Shown here: piece after piece, positions 27,399 through 37,156 of the stretch
Numbering within the stretch: the first letter of the stretch is position 1
Layout: every line of letters begins with the position of its first letter
Virus record (IMG/VR): IMGVR_UViG_3300037089_000506
Strand: one strand, 5' to 3'
From: a virus
Length of the DNA: 64,000 nt
Translations under genes and position numbers: made by a program
Notes under the pieces: generated by a model
What the model was told of the DNA's origin: nothing
The model's input: the letters and a program-made list of their open reading frames with translations, nothing else
The model's database searches: none

Positions 27399-27775
27399 AA
27401 ATTAGATTAGGTTTTATATCAAATTCCTCAACTACCTCCTTTATTTTAGATGGAACAAAATATTCAGCTTCATTGATACGAGAAGTAATTGAAAATGTAT
27501 TAAAGGCTGTTTCTCTTATTGATAAAGAAGAATTTATTGTTGATGATATTTGTGAAATCTATGAAAGGTCAAGTGGACAAGAATTTCTAAATCAAATAAA
27601 GGGATTCTATGAAGGTATGAATCATGACTATTATGATGAGGAAATAAAATATTTAGATAAGGGTCAATTTGATAAACCTGCTATTATTGTGGATTCTACT
27701 TTTAGCAATTCTATTCCATGGCCTGTGCAAGAATTTTTAGAAGGAATTGCTATCAAAAGGCAGCATTGGGGGTAA
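27395..27775 (+). CDS. SNSS-motif protein 3
   Basis: Starts MKIRLGFISNSSTTSFIL. Confidence 0.75.
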   Translation: MKIRLGFISNSSTTSFILDGTKYSASLIREVIENVLKAVSLIDKEEFIVDDICEIYERSSGQEFLNQIKGFYEGMNHDYYDEEIKYLDKGQFDKPAIIVDSTFSNSIPWPVQEFLEGIAIKRQHWG

Positions 27776-27776
27776 T

Positions 27777-27965
27777 ATGAAATATCAATGCCCTTCCTGT
27801 AAATATGTATATGAAACTCCTCCCCTTAATATTGAATTTTATTCTACATCTAATCCTAATTATTATGATAGATACTATGGTAAAGGCTTTATAAGATATG
27901 AATCAGAGGAGATTGAATGTGGGGAATGTGGGTATAAATTTACACTTAAATTGGAGGACTTATGA
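27777..27965 (+). CDS. Small zinc-ribbon protein
   Basis: CPSC...CGECG. Confidence 0.6.
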   Translation: MKYQCPSCKYVYETPPLNIEFYSTSNPNYYDRYYGKGFIRYESEEIECGECGYKFTLKLEDL

Positions 27966-28486
27966 AGATACGTAAAGGTTTTGTTTCAAATAGTTCCACT
28001 ACAAGCTTTGTTTGTGATATATGTGGAGCTTCAGAAGCGGGTATGGATGCTTCCCCCCAAGATTTTGGTTTCATACAATGCCAAAATGAGCATATTATAT
28101 GTGAAGATGAAGCATTAGAAGGATATATTATCTATGATAATACTGGTAATAATGGTGATCCTGATGAATATTCATCTGAAATTCGTAATGCAGTAGATAT
28201 GATTGGTTCATGCATTTCCGAGGAATTTTGCCCTATTTGTCAATTTGAAGTAGCATCTAATAAAGATATTGATAGATACTTAAGTAAAAAATTTCCACAA
28301 TATACCCATGAGGACGTTTTTATAAAAGTAAAAGAAATAAATAAAAGAAGAAAGAAATTATATCCTAGTGAATATATACAATATGTATACGAAAAAACAG
28401 GGCTTAATGAAACTAAAATACTTTCTGAAATAAAAGAAACTTATAATGAGAAATATTCAAAATTCAAAGAATTTCTATTAGGTTGA
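27962..28486 (+). CDS. SNSS-motif protein 4 with Cys/His metal-binding motifs
   Basis: Starts MKIRKGFVSNSSTTSFVCDICG; also has CQNEH and CPIC. Confidence 0.75.
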   Translation: MKIRKGFVSNSSTTSFVCDICGASEAGMDASPQDFGFIQCQNEHIICEDEALEGYIIYDNTGNNGDPDEYSSEIRNAVDMIGSCISEEFCPICQFEVASNKDIDRYLSKKFPQYTHEDVFIKVKEINKRRKKLYPSEYIQYVYEKTGLNETKILSEIKETYNEKYSKFKEFLLG

Positions 28487-28511
28487 CATTTATCTTCAGT
28501 TGTAGTATACT
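28483..28511 (+). promoter_or_regulatory. Sigma70-type promoter
   Basis: TTGACA-N17-TATACT. Confidence 0.7.
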
Positions 28512-28527
28512 CTAAGGAGAGAATAAA

Positions 28528-28740
28528 ATGTTTGTATTACTTCGTATAACTGCTACTTTAATTATTCTATTAGGACTAGGGATTGTTGGTATCAATAGAG
28601 GATTAAAGCTTCAAGAGCATGATGCAAATTCTCCTGAAGATATTCTTGGTAGAAATTTACAAGTAGCAGGAGCTATAGTCACTACAGTTGCTGGTGTAGG
28701 GTTATTTGCTGCTTTATTGGTATTTATTTGGATATTATAA
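28528..28740 (+). CDS. Small two-TM membrane protein
   Basis: Two hydrophobic segments flanking a polar loop. Confidence 0.6.
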   Translation: MFVLLRITATLIILLGLGIVGINRGLKLQEHDANSPEDILGRNLQVAGAIVTTVAGVGLFAALLVFIWIL

Positions 28741-28750
28741 GGAGTATATT

Positions 28751-28885
28751 ATGGGTAAGAGAGGACGACCAGTGGGATATAAGGTACAGGAATCTACTAA
28801 AGCTTTGATTAGAGCTACACGAGCTACTAATAAAGCTAGAAAAGACAAGGCAGAAGAAAGGATAAAGGGGGATACCAATGTTTAA
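28751..28885 (+). CDS. Small basic protein with an AT-hook-like KRGRP (44 aa), missed by the ORF track
   Basis: AAGGAG RBS; reads MGKRGRPVGYKVQESTKALIRATR.... Confidence 0.55.
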   Translation: MGKRGRPVGYKVQESTKALIRATRATNKARKDKAEERIKGDTNV

Positions 28886-29183
28886 TAAAAAGAGAACTTT
28901 TTGGAAATTAGATATAGATTATACTATAAGTATAAGAACATCCCCTTTCCAACGTGAAGATTCATTTAGAACAGAGGGTCATGAATATGAATTTAATTTT
29001 CCTAATTATGAAGCTGCCTCTCTTTTTAAAAAAGAATTAGAAGAAAAAGGAAAGGCATATACAAATAATCAAAGTTTCTGTATAATGAAGGTAGAAGGAG
29101 TAGAACTTTTTGTAGAGAATTATTCTATAAGAGAATTAGAATGTAGAGAATCAGACTGGATTGAGATGTTTTCTACTAATTGA
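28878..29183 (+). CDS. Hypothetical protein
   Basis: GGGGGA RBS. Confidence 0.5.
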   Translation: MFNKKRTFWKLDIDYTISIRTSPFQREDSFRTEGHEYEFNFPNYEAASLFKKELEEKGKAYTNNQSFCIMKVEGVELFVENYSIRELECRESDWIEMFSTN

Positions 29184-29185
29184 GC

Positions 29186-29515
29186 ATGAAAGTAAAGATT
29201 GGCTATCTTACCTATGAAGTAAGAGAAGTCCCCTATATTGAAGTAAATGGAAATGAGGCTGCTAATGGAGAAGCAGATTATGAAAAGATAGAGATACAAA
29301 TAAGAAAAGCACTATTACCTCCTAAAAAAAGAGAGGTATTATTACATGAGATTCTTCATTGTGTCTGTGTAGATGGTAATATTGAATTATCAGAAAATGA
29401 GATAGAGGTTTTAGCAGCAGGATTAACACGATTTTTGGTAGATAATATTTCTTTAGTAAAGAAAGAAGTTCTTCAGGTAGAACGAGAGGCTATTGACAAT
29501 AAAGTAAAGAAGTGA
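29186..29515 (+). CDS. HExxH metallopeptidase-like phage protein
   Basis: EVLLHEILHC...E. Confidence 0.65.
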   Translation: MKVKIGYLTYEVREVPYIEVNGNEAANGEADYEKIEIQIRKALLPPKKREVLLHEILHCVCVDGNIELSENEIEVLAAGLTRFLVDNISLVKKEVLQVEREAIDNKVKK

Positions 29516-29521
29516 TAATAT
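29493..29521 (+). promoter_or_regulatory. Sigma70-type promoter with extended -10
   Basis: TTGACA-N17-TAATAT preceded by TGA. Confidence 0.6.
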
Positions 29522-29576
29522 CAGAGTTAAACACTCAAACATTAAAAGAAGGCCAGAGTGCCTATAAGGAGTTTTT

Positions 29577-30917
29577 ATGGCAAAGGTAGAGGACGATGAA
29601 TTTAAGGCTGCTGCAAGGCAAGCAGATGCCGAAGAGAAGGCAAGGCAAGCAGAGCGTAAGGCTCGGGCTGCTGCTGGTGGATTTGAGAAAATAAAATGGA
29701 CAGGGGTTTCCCAAACCCCAGGTATGCTTATCTTGAGGTTTCTAGGTAAGAAACCCGATTTGCATTATGGTACTACAATACCAACAATAACGCCTATTGA
29801 TGCTCGTGTTGTCAACCTAGCGAGGGTTATAGCCGACAATGGTAAGCAGATGGAGGTGGTATTGCCTTTATATGATAGGGATTCTAATCATATCATGTGG
29901 AGGATATATGATAGAATTAATACCATTGCTTGGGTAGAAGTAAAAGACGACAAAGACCCTACAAAAAAGAAGAGTGAGAAGTTCTATGTCAATAGAACTA
30001 AATATCCTGAGATATTTAACATTATTAACTATAATGGCTTGAATGAGAATGACCCACAACGAAAGTTTGGTTTACAGGGTAAGGGCTGGAAGGGAAAAGA
30101 AGTTCTTATTGTCAATGTCATTGATAGGGCTCTCTACGATTGGCACCATGCTAATAAACATTCTGTTTTGTTAGCAAAGAAAATAACCAATAAGACCTAT
30201 GCCGATGGAACACAAAATGAATTCGTAGAGAAGGGTGTACCTGCCTATGGACTTTCTGGACCTCTCACAAAGATTCGCATGGTATATGGAGATTGGGAGC
30301 AATATGATATCGCTTTCGAGCGCACAGGCTTGAAAGAGACTCCTGGTGAGGCTTTCAATGCCTCTAAGAATCCAGAGAAAGTATTAGACGAGACTCTACA
30401 GACTTTAATCTCCTCTGAGCCTCTGACTGAAGAAGAAGCATCATGGGAAAAATACGATCTTGACCATCTTTTTTCTCCTTCTACTTACACTAAGCTTTGG
30501 AATAGATTGCATTTGACTATAGAGAAAATAGATGCCCAACTTGGCACTTTTTACGCTGATGAGCTAAAGAATCTCGCTGACAAGGAAGTTGAAAGTAAGA
30601 TGGATTTTCCTCCTAGAGACGAAGGTGAATCAGAGTCCGAAAATGAGGAAAAATCCCCACCAGCTCCTCTTGCACGTAAGCTCTCCCCTGCTATTCCAGC
30701 AGTCCTTACTCCACAGGACCTACCCGGATGGACTTTTCTCAATGAGAAAGAGAAAGAATTGATTGTATCAATAAGTGCTCCTAGTGCTGGTAAAGCCTAT
30801 AAAATAGTCTTTAGCCCCCTAGCATCCAAGAGAATAGGGCCATGCCCTGAATGTAAGACTGATTCAACCGAGGACTTTACCCATTGTCCTGCATGTGGAG
30901 TTAAATTCGTGTACTAA
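29577..30917 (+). CDS. Possible gp32-like phage ssDNA-binding protein with a C-terminal zinc ribbon
   Basis: LILRFLG and LIVNVIDR strands, an acidic/Pro linker and CPEC...CPACG. It has its own promoter and terminator. Confidence 0.4.
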   Translation: MAKVEDDEFKAAARQADAEEKARQAERKARAAAGGFEKIKWTGVSQTPGMLILRFLGKKPDLHYGTTIPTITPIDARVVNLARVIADNGKQMEVVLPLYDRDSNHIMWRIYDRINTIAWVEVKDDKDPTKKKSEKFYVNRTKYPEIFNIINYNGLNENDPQRKFGLQGKGWKGKEVLIVNVIDRALYDWHHANKHSVLLAKKITNKTYADGTQNEFVEKGVPAYGLSGPLTKIRMVYGDWEQYDIAFERTGLKETPGEAFNASKNPEKVLDETLQTLISSEPLTEEEASWEKYDLDHLFSPSTYTKLWNRLHLTIEKIDAQLGTFYADELKNLADKEVESKMDFPPRDEGESESENEEKSPPAPLARKLSPAIPAVLTPQDLPGWTFLNEKEKELIVSISAPSAGKAYKIVFSPLASKRIGPCPECKTDSTEDFTHCPACGVKFVY

Positions 30918-30921
30918 AATG

Positions 30922-30949
30922 AATACCCTCAAAAATGAGGGTATTTTTT
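30922..30949. terminator. Terminator between convergent blocks
   Basis: AATACCCTCA-AAAA-TGAGGGTATT plus a T-run. Confidence 0.75.
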
Positions 30950-31466
30950 ATGGCTCTAAATATGAAATTTTAATAGGAAGGAATTCCCAATATGTATTTC
31001 CCTGTCGCTTACACATATCAAATAACATCTGTACTGATCGTCTATACTCATCTTTATAATAAAGATAACTCTCACTTAATGCTATTTTATTAGAATGTCT
31101 AACTCTTTGTACTGCTATTCCTTCTCGTTTTATGCTTTCTTCTGAATGTCGAGTAAACCAATTAATAGCATACTCAGGGGTTATTATACCTTTATTTTCT
31201 AAACTCCTAAAAAAATTACTATGAGTAATATCTCCTAATTCTCTATTCTCCTCATACCCTTCCATATATAAATCACCAGTAGGAGATATAAACCCACGAG
31301 AACCAGTAGCTATAAACTTTTTAATTTCATCTATAGTAGGGTTTACATAAGTATAAAAATCACCTCTAATACATTTAGTATAATCAAAAAAGTTTTCTTG
31401 GATACCCCAATAATTAGGACCAGAGAAATAATCAAAAAACACTTCTTGGAGTAAACGCAAATCCAT
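30948..31466 (-). CDS. Hypothetical late protein
   Basis: GFISPTG...ITH...SESY; ACTAA motif 11 nt upstream. Confidence 0.55.
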   Translation of the reverse strand: MDLRLLQEVFFDYFSGPNYWGIQENFFDYTKCIRGDFYTYVNPTIDEIKKFIATGSRGFISPTGDLYMEGYEENRELGDITHSNFFRSLENKGIITPEYAINWFTRHSEESIKREGIAVQRVRHSNKIALSESYLYYKDEYRRSVQMLFDMCKRQGNTYWEFLPIKISYLEP

Positions 31467-31563
31467 ATTAAATTAGTCTTAACGGTAGGGGGGATGATCC
31501 CCTCTCATAAACTATTTAAGCTCATGGCACACTCCACCTATACCAACCCGTCACCAGGAGAAG

Positions 31564-32049
31564 TTAATCTCCAGAGCTTAAACCATCCCCAGTGGTTGTG
31601 GTAGTGGCTTGAGCATCTTTCCTTTTTTTATATTCAATGAGTAAACGGTTAAGCATATCCATAGCTTGTAGACTCTCCTTTGTAGCACTATTGTATAGTT
31701 TATCTTCTGGATGCATGTCTTTACGTTCATTATCTAATAAAGGTACCCTATCTCCATCTTTAGGAATAAAGGGAGATAATATCTCTTTAAGCCTAAAATT
31801 CTCATTTGTTTCCCTATTCTCTAAATGATGTGCTATTTCAGACCAATTAGCTTCAGGTAATCTATCTAATAGATGAGATTTTAGTTCATTATTATACTCA
31901 TCCTCACTATCAAATCTGTCTGCTATCTTCTTCAATAACGAAACAATAGTAGTAGATACTTCAGAATGAGGATTAAAAGCTGTTAAAGTAGTATTTTCCA
32001 TATCTTTCAATGATACATTAGCTAATTCTAATTCTGTTTTTTCCTTCAT
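31564..32049 (-). CDS. Hypothetical protein
   Basis: ATGA overlap with 32046..32507. Confidence 0.55.
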   Translation of the reverse strand: MKEKTELELANVSLKDMENTTLTAFNPHSEVSTTIVSLLKKIADRFDSEDEYNNELKSHLLDRLPEANWSEIAHHLENRETNENFRLKEILSPFIPKDGDRVPLLDNERKDMHPEDKLYNSATKESLQAMDMLNRLLIEYKKRKDAQATTTTTGDGLSSGD

Positions 32050-32507
32050 TTTTCACTCATCTTTTTTATATCTCTGAATATCTGTCCATCTATAAAGGAT
32101 TTTAACTGTTGTACTCTAATGCCATATTTTATTGTATTCAGTTTATTTATATCTATCTTTTCTTTTATTTCATCCCAATCCATATTATCAATTTCTCTAT
32201 AGTAATAGCATAAAGAAGTTATAATAGAATCCTTATAATCTTCTTCTGTAGGAAAGGTAATAGTCTTACCCCCACATACAGAAATAAGTTTAGCAAATTC
32301 AACTGAACCTAAAATAGTAAATAAGTGCATTAGTAGCTTCCAGGCTTCGTCGTCTGACTTTTGTGTTACTTTAGCTTTCTCAAAGGTATATATTTGTTGT
32401 AATTTGAATATATCTTCGAAGAAGGCCGATGATTTAGTTTCACGAGTTAGAATATCATTTACTCGTTGTTCAAATAATGATCTTGGATTTGTATATACTT
32501 TTTCCAT
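32046..32507 (-). CDS. Hypothetical protein, weakly Mor-activator-like
   Basis: FAKLISVCGGKTITFPT resembles the GG-x-x-I-x-x-P segment of the Mor family. Confidence 0.4.
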   Translation of the reverse strand: MEKVYTNPRSLFEQRVNDILTRETKSSAFFEDIFKLQQIYTFEKAKVTQKSDDEAWKLLMHLFTILGSVEFAKLISVCGGKTITFPTEEDYKDSIITSLCYYYREIDNMDWDEIKEKIDINKLNTIKYGIRVQQLKSFIDGQIFRDIKKMSEK

Positions 32508-32524
32508 ATACAGTTAGTATAAAT

Positions 32525-32929
32525 CTATTTTATTGCAGACTCAGCTACTACACCTAATAGTAATCCAGCAGCACCTGTAATTCCACCTATAATAAAATCT
32601 CGTTTTAGCCCATGATTGGCTTTATAATTATCAAATTTTATTTTAGAATTTTTCAAATCAATATTGTCCTGTTGCTTCTGGATTTTATCCTTCTGAATCT
32701 GTCCATCCTTTTGAGCAATGATTACATCTCTAGCGGCTAATTGTAATACATATTTATCTGTAGTATCTTTTATAGCTATTGCAACAGCATCATCTACTGC
32801 CTTCTGTATTTCTTTAGTTACTTCTGTCTTTATTGCATTCTCTAATGCAGTTTTATCAATAGTAATAGTTTGAGCATAAATAGGTAGTGTAAATAGGAAT
32901 ATACATAATGCTAATAAGAATTTTTTCAT
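32525..32929 (-). CDS. Secreted coiled-coil protein with a C-terminal TM segment (spanin-like)
   Basis: N-terminal signal peptide, heptad region and C-terminal FIIGGITGAAGLLLGVVA. Confidence 0.45.
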   Translation of the reverse strand: MKKFLLALCIFLFTLPIYAQTITIDKTALENAIKTEVTKEIQKAVDDAVAIAIKDTTDKYVLQLAARDVIIAQKDGQIQKDKIQKQQDNIDLKNSKIKFDNYKANHGLKRDFIIGGITGAAGLLLGVVAESAIK

Positions 32930-32960
32930 TTTGTCTCCTCAATAAGTTAGTAATAGAAGC

Positions 32961-32993
32961 AAAAAAAGAGGGACGATTTCTCGTCCCTCTTTA
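32961..32993 (-). terminator. Rho-independent terminator
   Basis: AAAGAGGGACGA-GAAA-TCGTCCCTCTTT followed by a T-run. Confidence 0.8.
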
Positions 32994-32995
32994 TA

Positions 32996-34870
32996 TTAGC
33001 TAAACTTTTCTATTTGCATTGTCAAGTTCACATTTCCTTGTAATGCTGGATTCGAGAAGTTAATGTAATAATTTACATCAGCAGGATAATTAGCTACAGA
33101 ATAAGTAGTACTAGCAGGAGCAGTAACACCAGGAGCAAAGTATGGAGGTTGTCCACCAGGATTATTCAAGTCAGTATAAGTATAGGCAATCCCTGTTGAG
33201 CCAGCTAAAGTACATACTGTAGTTGTAGTTTGTGAACCAAAGGCAACTAAGTTCTGGAATACTGGGGCAGGACCTACAATAGTAACAGTAGTAGAAGCAG
33301 GGGTAATCGTATACCCATTCAATGTGAACCCTTGCTGATACACAGGAGATGCGGCTAGTACAGGGGCCGCAACAGCGCCAGCACTAAAAGTAGGAACTGA
33401 CATATAACCAGGAGTCTGTGCAATCATAACTACAGCAGCACCCGTTGGGTTATAGCATATCCATCCACCAGCGTCTCCAGGCTTACCAGGGACGTTTGCT
33501 AATGTAGCTAAAGCAGCCGCAGTTGTAGAAGCAGTACCAGAGGAAGTAAATAGAGCACCATTTAGGTAGTTGGTACCACCTGATGATGAAGATATTGTAA
33601 AGTAATAGAAAGCGCACCCAGAAGCTACTAAACAGGACTGAGCTACAGTCAAAGCAGTAGTAGCAACGGCAGGCATAGGTATTAGAGTGCCATTGATAGC
33701 GTATAAACCAGCAGTAGCAGTAGAACCAGCAGTAGCAATAGTAACAGTATTAGTAATAGGAGTAATACTATCATTCACGTATTGAGGAATTGTAAACCCT
33801 AACTGGGAATAAATAGTAACTACAGTGTTAGAACCTAATGCAGCAAGAGTAGGAATAGGAGTAGCACCAGGACGGGTAGCAAAGAAATATACAGTAGTAC
33901 TTGAACCTGAAGCTATAATAGTCCAACCAGGAACATAAGCAGCATTCAATGCTACGTTCCATGCTGTCTGGTTACCACCAGTAACAACAGTAACTCCATT
34001 AATTGTCATTGACACGTTTGCTACCCATGTCATTGTAGCTACATACATTGACCTTCCGCCTAATACTAATCCCATCTGAGGTGCAGTTAATGCTGTACCA
34101 GAAGCATAAGGAATAGTTACTGTTTGCCCACAAAGGTTGTAAGTACCACCAGCGGTTTCCGTAGTTGTTAGAGTAGTAGTAATACTATTTCCGTTATATG
34201 AAGAGTTAGTTAGAGGAGTATAAATACCAGGGGTTGAAGGAGGAGTAACTAATGGAAGTAAGCTTACAGAAGCAGCGGTAGTTGCTGGAATCCATGTAGG
34301 TGATAGATATGTAGTATCTACTGATCCTGTTGTAGTGTGAACAAAAGCACCAAAAGTAGCAGCACCAGTTGAAGATAATGTAGGTGCAGTAGATACAGCA
34401 CCAGGAACAGCACCCGTTAGAACAATATTAGCTCCATTGGAGGTTACATTGAAAGCCATAATGTTTCCAGCAACTCCTGTAAGAGTTCCTATCGTTGATG
34501 TAATGTTATAAACAATAGCAGCAGCAGAAGCTGCTAACTGTAAAGCACCAGTAACACCACCAGGTAGAGCTGCGATAGCTGTAGCTTGAGCTGCACTTAC
34601 AACGGTACCAGCATTAACAACGCCACCACCCCAAGTACAAGTACCAGTACCTGTATATGCTGAAGTTACAGTAATTGTGTAAACATCATTTACACCAATA
34701 ACCTTACCTAATGAAATTGTTCCTGTCCCTGCTAACTGTCCAGGATTTTCTACAATTAAAGCATCTAATACTTTGAATCCACGAGGGACTGTAAAGTAAT
34801 CCCCTGACGTTGCTCCTTTAATCCACCAGCGAGCTAGTCCACCTTTCTTTACTTTCTTTAACAAAGCCAT
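32996..34870 (-). CDS. Thr/Gly/Ala-rich virion surface protein (fibre or decoration), paralogue A
   Basis: Shares ARWxIKGATSGDYFTVPRGFK and NFSNPAxQGNVN termini with 34949..37156. Confidence 0.65.
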   Translation of the reverse strand: MALLKKVKKGGLARWWIKGATSGDYFTVPRGFKVLDALIVENPGQLAGTGTISLGKVIGVNDVYTITVTSAYTGTGTCTWGGGVVNAGTVVSAAQATAIAALPGGVTGALQLAASAAAIVYNITSTIGTLTGVAGNIMAFNVTSNGANIVLTGAVPGAVSTAPTLSSTGAATFGAFVHTTTGSVDTTYLSPTWIPATTAASVSLLPLVTPPSTPGIYTPLTNSSYNGNSITTTLTTTETAGGTYNLCGQTVTIPYASGTALTAPQMGLVLGGRSMYVATMTWVANVSMTINGVTVVTGGNQTAWNVALNAAYVPGWTIIASGSSTTVYFFATRPGATPIPTLAALGSNTVVTIYSQLGFTIPQYVNDSITPITNTVTIATAGSTATAGLYAINGTLIPMPAVATTALTVAQSCLVASGCAFYYFTISSSSGGTNYLNGALFTSSGTASTTAAALATLANVPGKPGDAGGWICYNPTGAAVVMIAQTPGYMSVPTFSAGAVAAPVLAASPVYQQGFTLNGYTITPASTTVTIVGPAPVFQNLVAFGSQTTTTVCTLAGSTGIAYTYTDLNNPGGQPPYFAPGVTAPASTTYSVANYPADVNYYINFSNPALQGNVNLTMQIEKFS

Positions 34871-34935
34871 ACAAAATCTCCTATTTACCCTCAGAGGGTT
34901 CCTAACATGGGCTTTGATAGCCCTATTAAATTAGT
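34871..34935 (-). promoter_or_regulatory. Late motif plus two-hairpin 5' UTR (copy A)
   Basis: ACTAATTT; GGGCT-ATCAA-AGCCC; ACCCT-CTG-AGGGT; AGGAG. Confidence 0.6.
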
Positions 34936-34948
34936 TCTAAAAAACATA

Positions 34949-37156
34949 TTAATTATACTTTAGCATTATAGCAGTTACGTTTACGTTTCCTTGCATTGCA
35001 GGATTAGAGAAATTTAGATAATAGTTATAATCTCCTGGTAATGAAACTACAGATACTGTTTGTGAAGTAGGCACAGTAATAGCATTTAATATTGGGGGTT
35101 GTGCTCCTGCATTATTTATATAATCAGCAAAAATATAATTTCCTCCTGTTGTTCCTACTACTGAATACAGTGTAGCATAAGTAGTAGTAGTAGCGGGAGA
35201 GGGGGCAGTAATAACAGGAGAGGGTCCTGACCATGAAGTAGAACCAGTAGTAGTAGAAGTATTATATGCAGATACATATCCAGCTAGAGTAAATCCTTGC
35301 TGGAAAGTATTGGAACCAATTACAGGAGCTGCAACAGCGCCAGCACTAAAGGTAGGAACTGCCATGTACCCAGGGTTTTGTGCTATCATCAATACTATTG
35401 ATGAAGCTTGGGTAACTATTGTCCATCCACCAGCATCAGTAGCTTTACCAGGAACATTTACTAAGTTTCCTAAGTTCGTAGCTGTAGTAGCACCAGAAAC
35501 AGCAGCAGTAAATGAAACACCATTAATATAATTTGTACCAGCAGTACCACTTGTTACTGTAAAGTAATAGTAAGCACATCCAGAGAATACCTGAGCAATC
35601 TGTGATGCTGTCATGGTATTCAAAATATTTACTGGAGTCCCATTTATTGCATATACACCAGCAGAAGCTGCTGTAGAAGTAAATGTAGTAGTAGCGGTAA
35701 TAGCAGTAGTACTGTCATTTACATAGCCAGGAATTGAGAATCCCATTTGGCTTACTATTGTACCTATTGTAAGGTAAGTAGTATAACCAGAACCAAAAGT
35801 AGGTAATGGCATTGGACCAGAACGGGTTGAATACATATAAACTACGTTTGAAGCTCCAGGAACTGCTACCATCCAGCCAGGGATTACAGCAGAAGCAATA
35901 GCGGCAGCAGTAGTAGCTGAGTTTGTAGCAGCGGTTATTGATACTCCATTGATTGTAAATGAACCACCAGATACATATGTTACTGTAAACTGGTAATATG
36001 ATCTACCTCCCATAAAGAATCCTGTATTAGGGGCGGTAAGTCCGTTAGGAATAGTTACTGTATTTCCACAAATATTGTAGGAACCAGCAGCAGTAGCAGT
36101 AGTAGTATATGTAGCTGTTAATTGAGCACCAGAGTAAGAGTTGTTAGTCAAAGGAGAGTTAGCTACAGGGAAATTAACTATAGGGGACGTAACAAAAGAA
36201 GGACCACCATTATATACTGTAGTACCTGTTGTTGAAACTCCTGTAATAGAAGCATAGCCAATACCTGCTTGTAGAGGTGGGGCATATATAGCTTTACTAC
36301 CTATAAAAATATTTATAGCGGTAGAGCCTACTTGTGTTACTGTCCACGCCTGTCCAGAGGCGGTGCCTGAAGCAAAAGAAGTTGCAGCTATATCAGCAGC
36401 TACTTGTGTTGCTGTGTGACCTTGAGCAGTGGTACATGAAATTCCATCTACAGTAATTACAGTTCCTGAGCCACCAACGGTACCTATCCATGTTATAGTT
36501 TGATAAGGAATAGTAGTGGGAGAAGCATAATTCATAGTAATTAATGATACTGAAGTAGGCGTCAATGCTGGAACCATAGAAGGAACCATGTAAGAGGTAT
36601 CTGTTGATCCTGTGGTTACTGAAGCAGCAGTTGCGCTTGTAACGGTAATACCTGTGGAACCTACACCAAAGGTAGGTGCAGAAGAACCAGCACCAGGAAC
36701 CATACCAGTAATATAAATTACTGCTCCGACTGAAGATAATGCCCACTGTTGTATATTTCCAGAAGTACCTAACAATGTTGGTGTCATCTGACAAATTAAA
36801 GCAGCAGTAGCCGCTAACTGTAATGCACCTGTAGCTCCACCTACTAATCCAGTAACTGTTGCTAATTGTGCTGAAGTAATCTGAGCTGTAGTAGAAATAA
36901 TTCCACCTGCCCATGTCCAGTTTGTTGCAGCAGTAGTAATAGCACTAGTAATTGTCATTGAATATACAGCATTAACACCAGGAACTTTACCTAAAGATAG
37001 AGTACCAGTTCCACTCAACGGTGCATTTCCGTTCTCTACAATAACAGCATCTAAAAGTTTAAATCCACGAGGAACAGTGAAATAATCTCCTGAGGTAGCT
37101 CCTTTTATTGTCCAGCGAGCAATACCTTGTTTCTTCAATCTCTTTACAATAGCCAT
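34949..37156 (-). CDS. Thr/Gly/Ala-rich virion surface protein, paralogue B
   Basis: Colinear with paralogue A and carries an extra internal module. Confidence 0.65.
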   Translation of the reverse strand: MAIVKRLKKQGIARWTIKGATSGDYFTVPRGFKLLDAVIVENGNAPLSGTGTLSLGKVPGVNAVYSMTITSAITTAATNWTWAGGIISTTAQITSAQLATVTGLVGGATGALQLAATAALICQMTPTLLGTSGNIQQWALSSVGAVIYITGMVPGAGSSAPTFGVGSTGITVTSATAASVTTGSTDTSYMVPSMVPALTPTSVSLITMNYASPTTIPYQTITWIGTVGGSGTVITVDGISCTTAQGHTATQVAADIAATSFASGTASGQAWTVTQVGSTAINIFIGSKAIYAPPLQAGIGYASITGVSTTGTTVYNGGPSFVTSPIVNFPVANSPLTNNSYSGAQLTATYTTTATAAGSYNICGNTVTIPNGLTAPNTGFFMGGRSYYQFTVTYVSGGSFTINGVSITAATNSATTAAAIASAVIPGWMVAVPGASNVVYMYSTRSGPMPLPTFGSGYTTYLTIGTIVSQMGFSIPGYVNDSTTAITATTTFTSTAASAGVYAINGTPVNILNTMTASQIAQVFSGCAYYYFTVTSGTAGTNYINGVSFTAAVSGATTATNLGNLVNVPGKATDAGGWTIVTQASSIVLMIAQNPGYMAVPTFSAGAVAAPVIGSNTFQQGFTLAGYVSAYNTSTTTGSTSWSGPSPVITAPSPATTTTYATLYSVVGTTGGNYIFADYINNAGAQPPILNAITVPTSQTVSVVSLPGDYNYYLNFSNPAMQGNVNVTAIMLKYN

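Noticed and set aside
31478-31563. tRNA or other structured ncRNA in the GC-richer gap
   Set aside because: Only a GGGGAT-C-ATCCCC hairpin is evident, with no cloverleaf or T-loop. It may be a terminator, but support is too weak.
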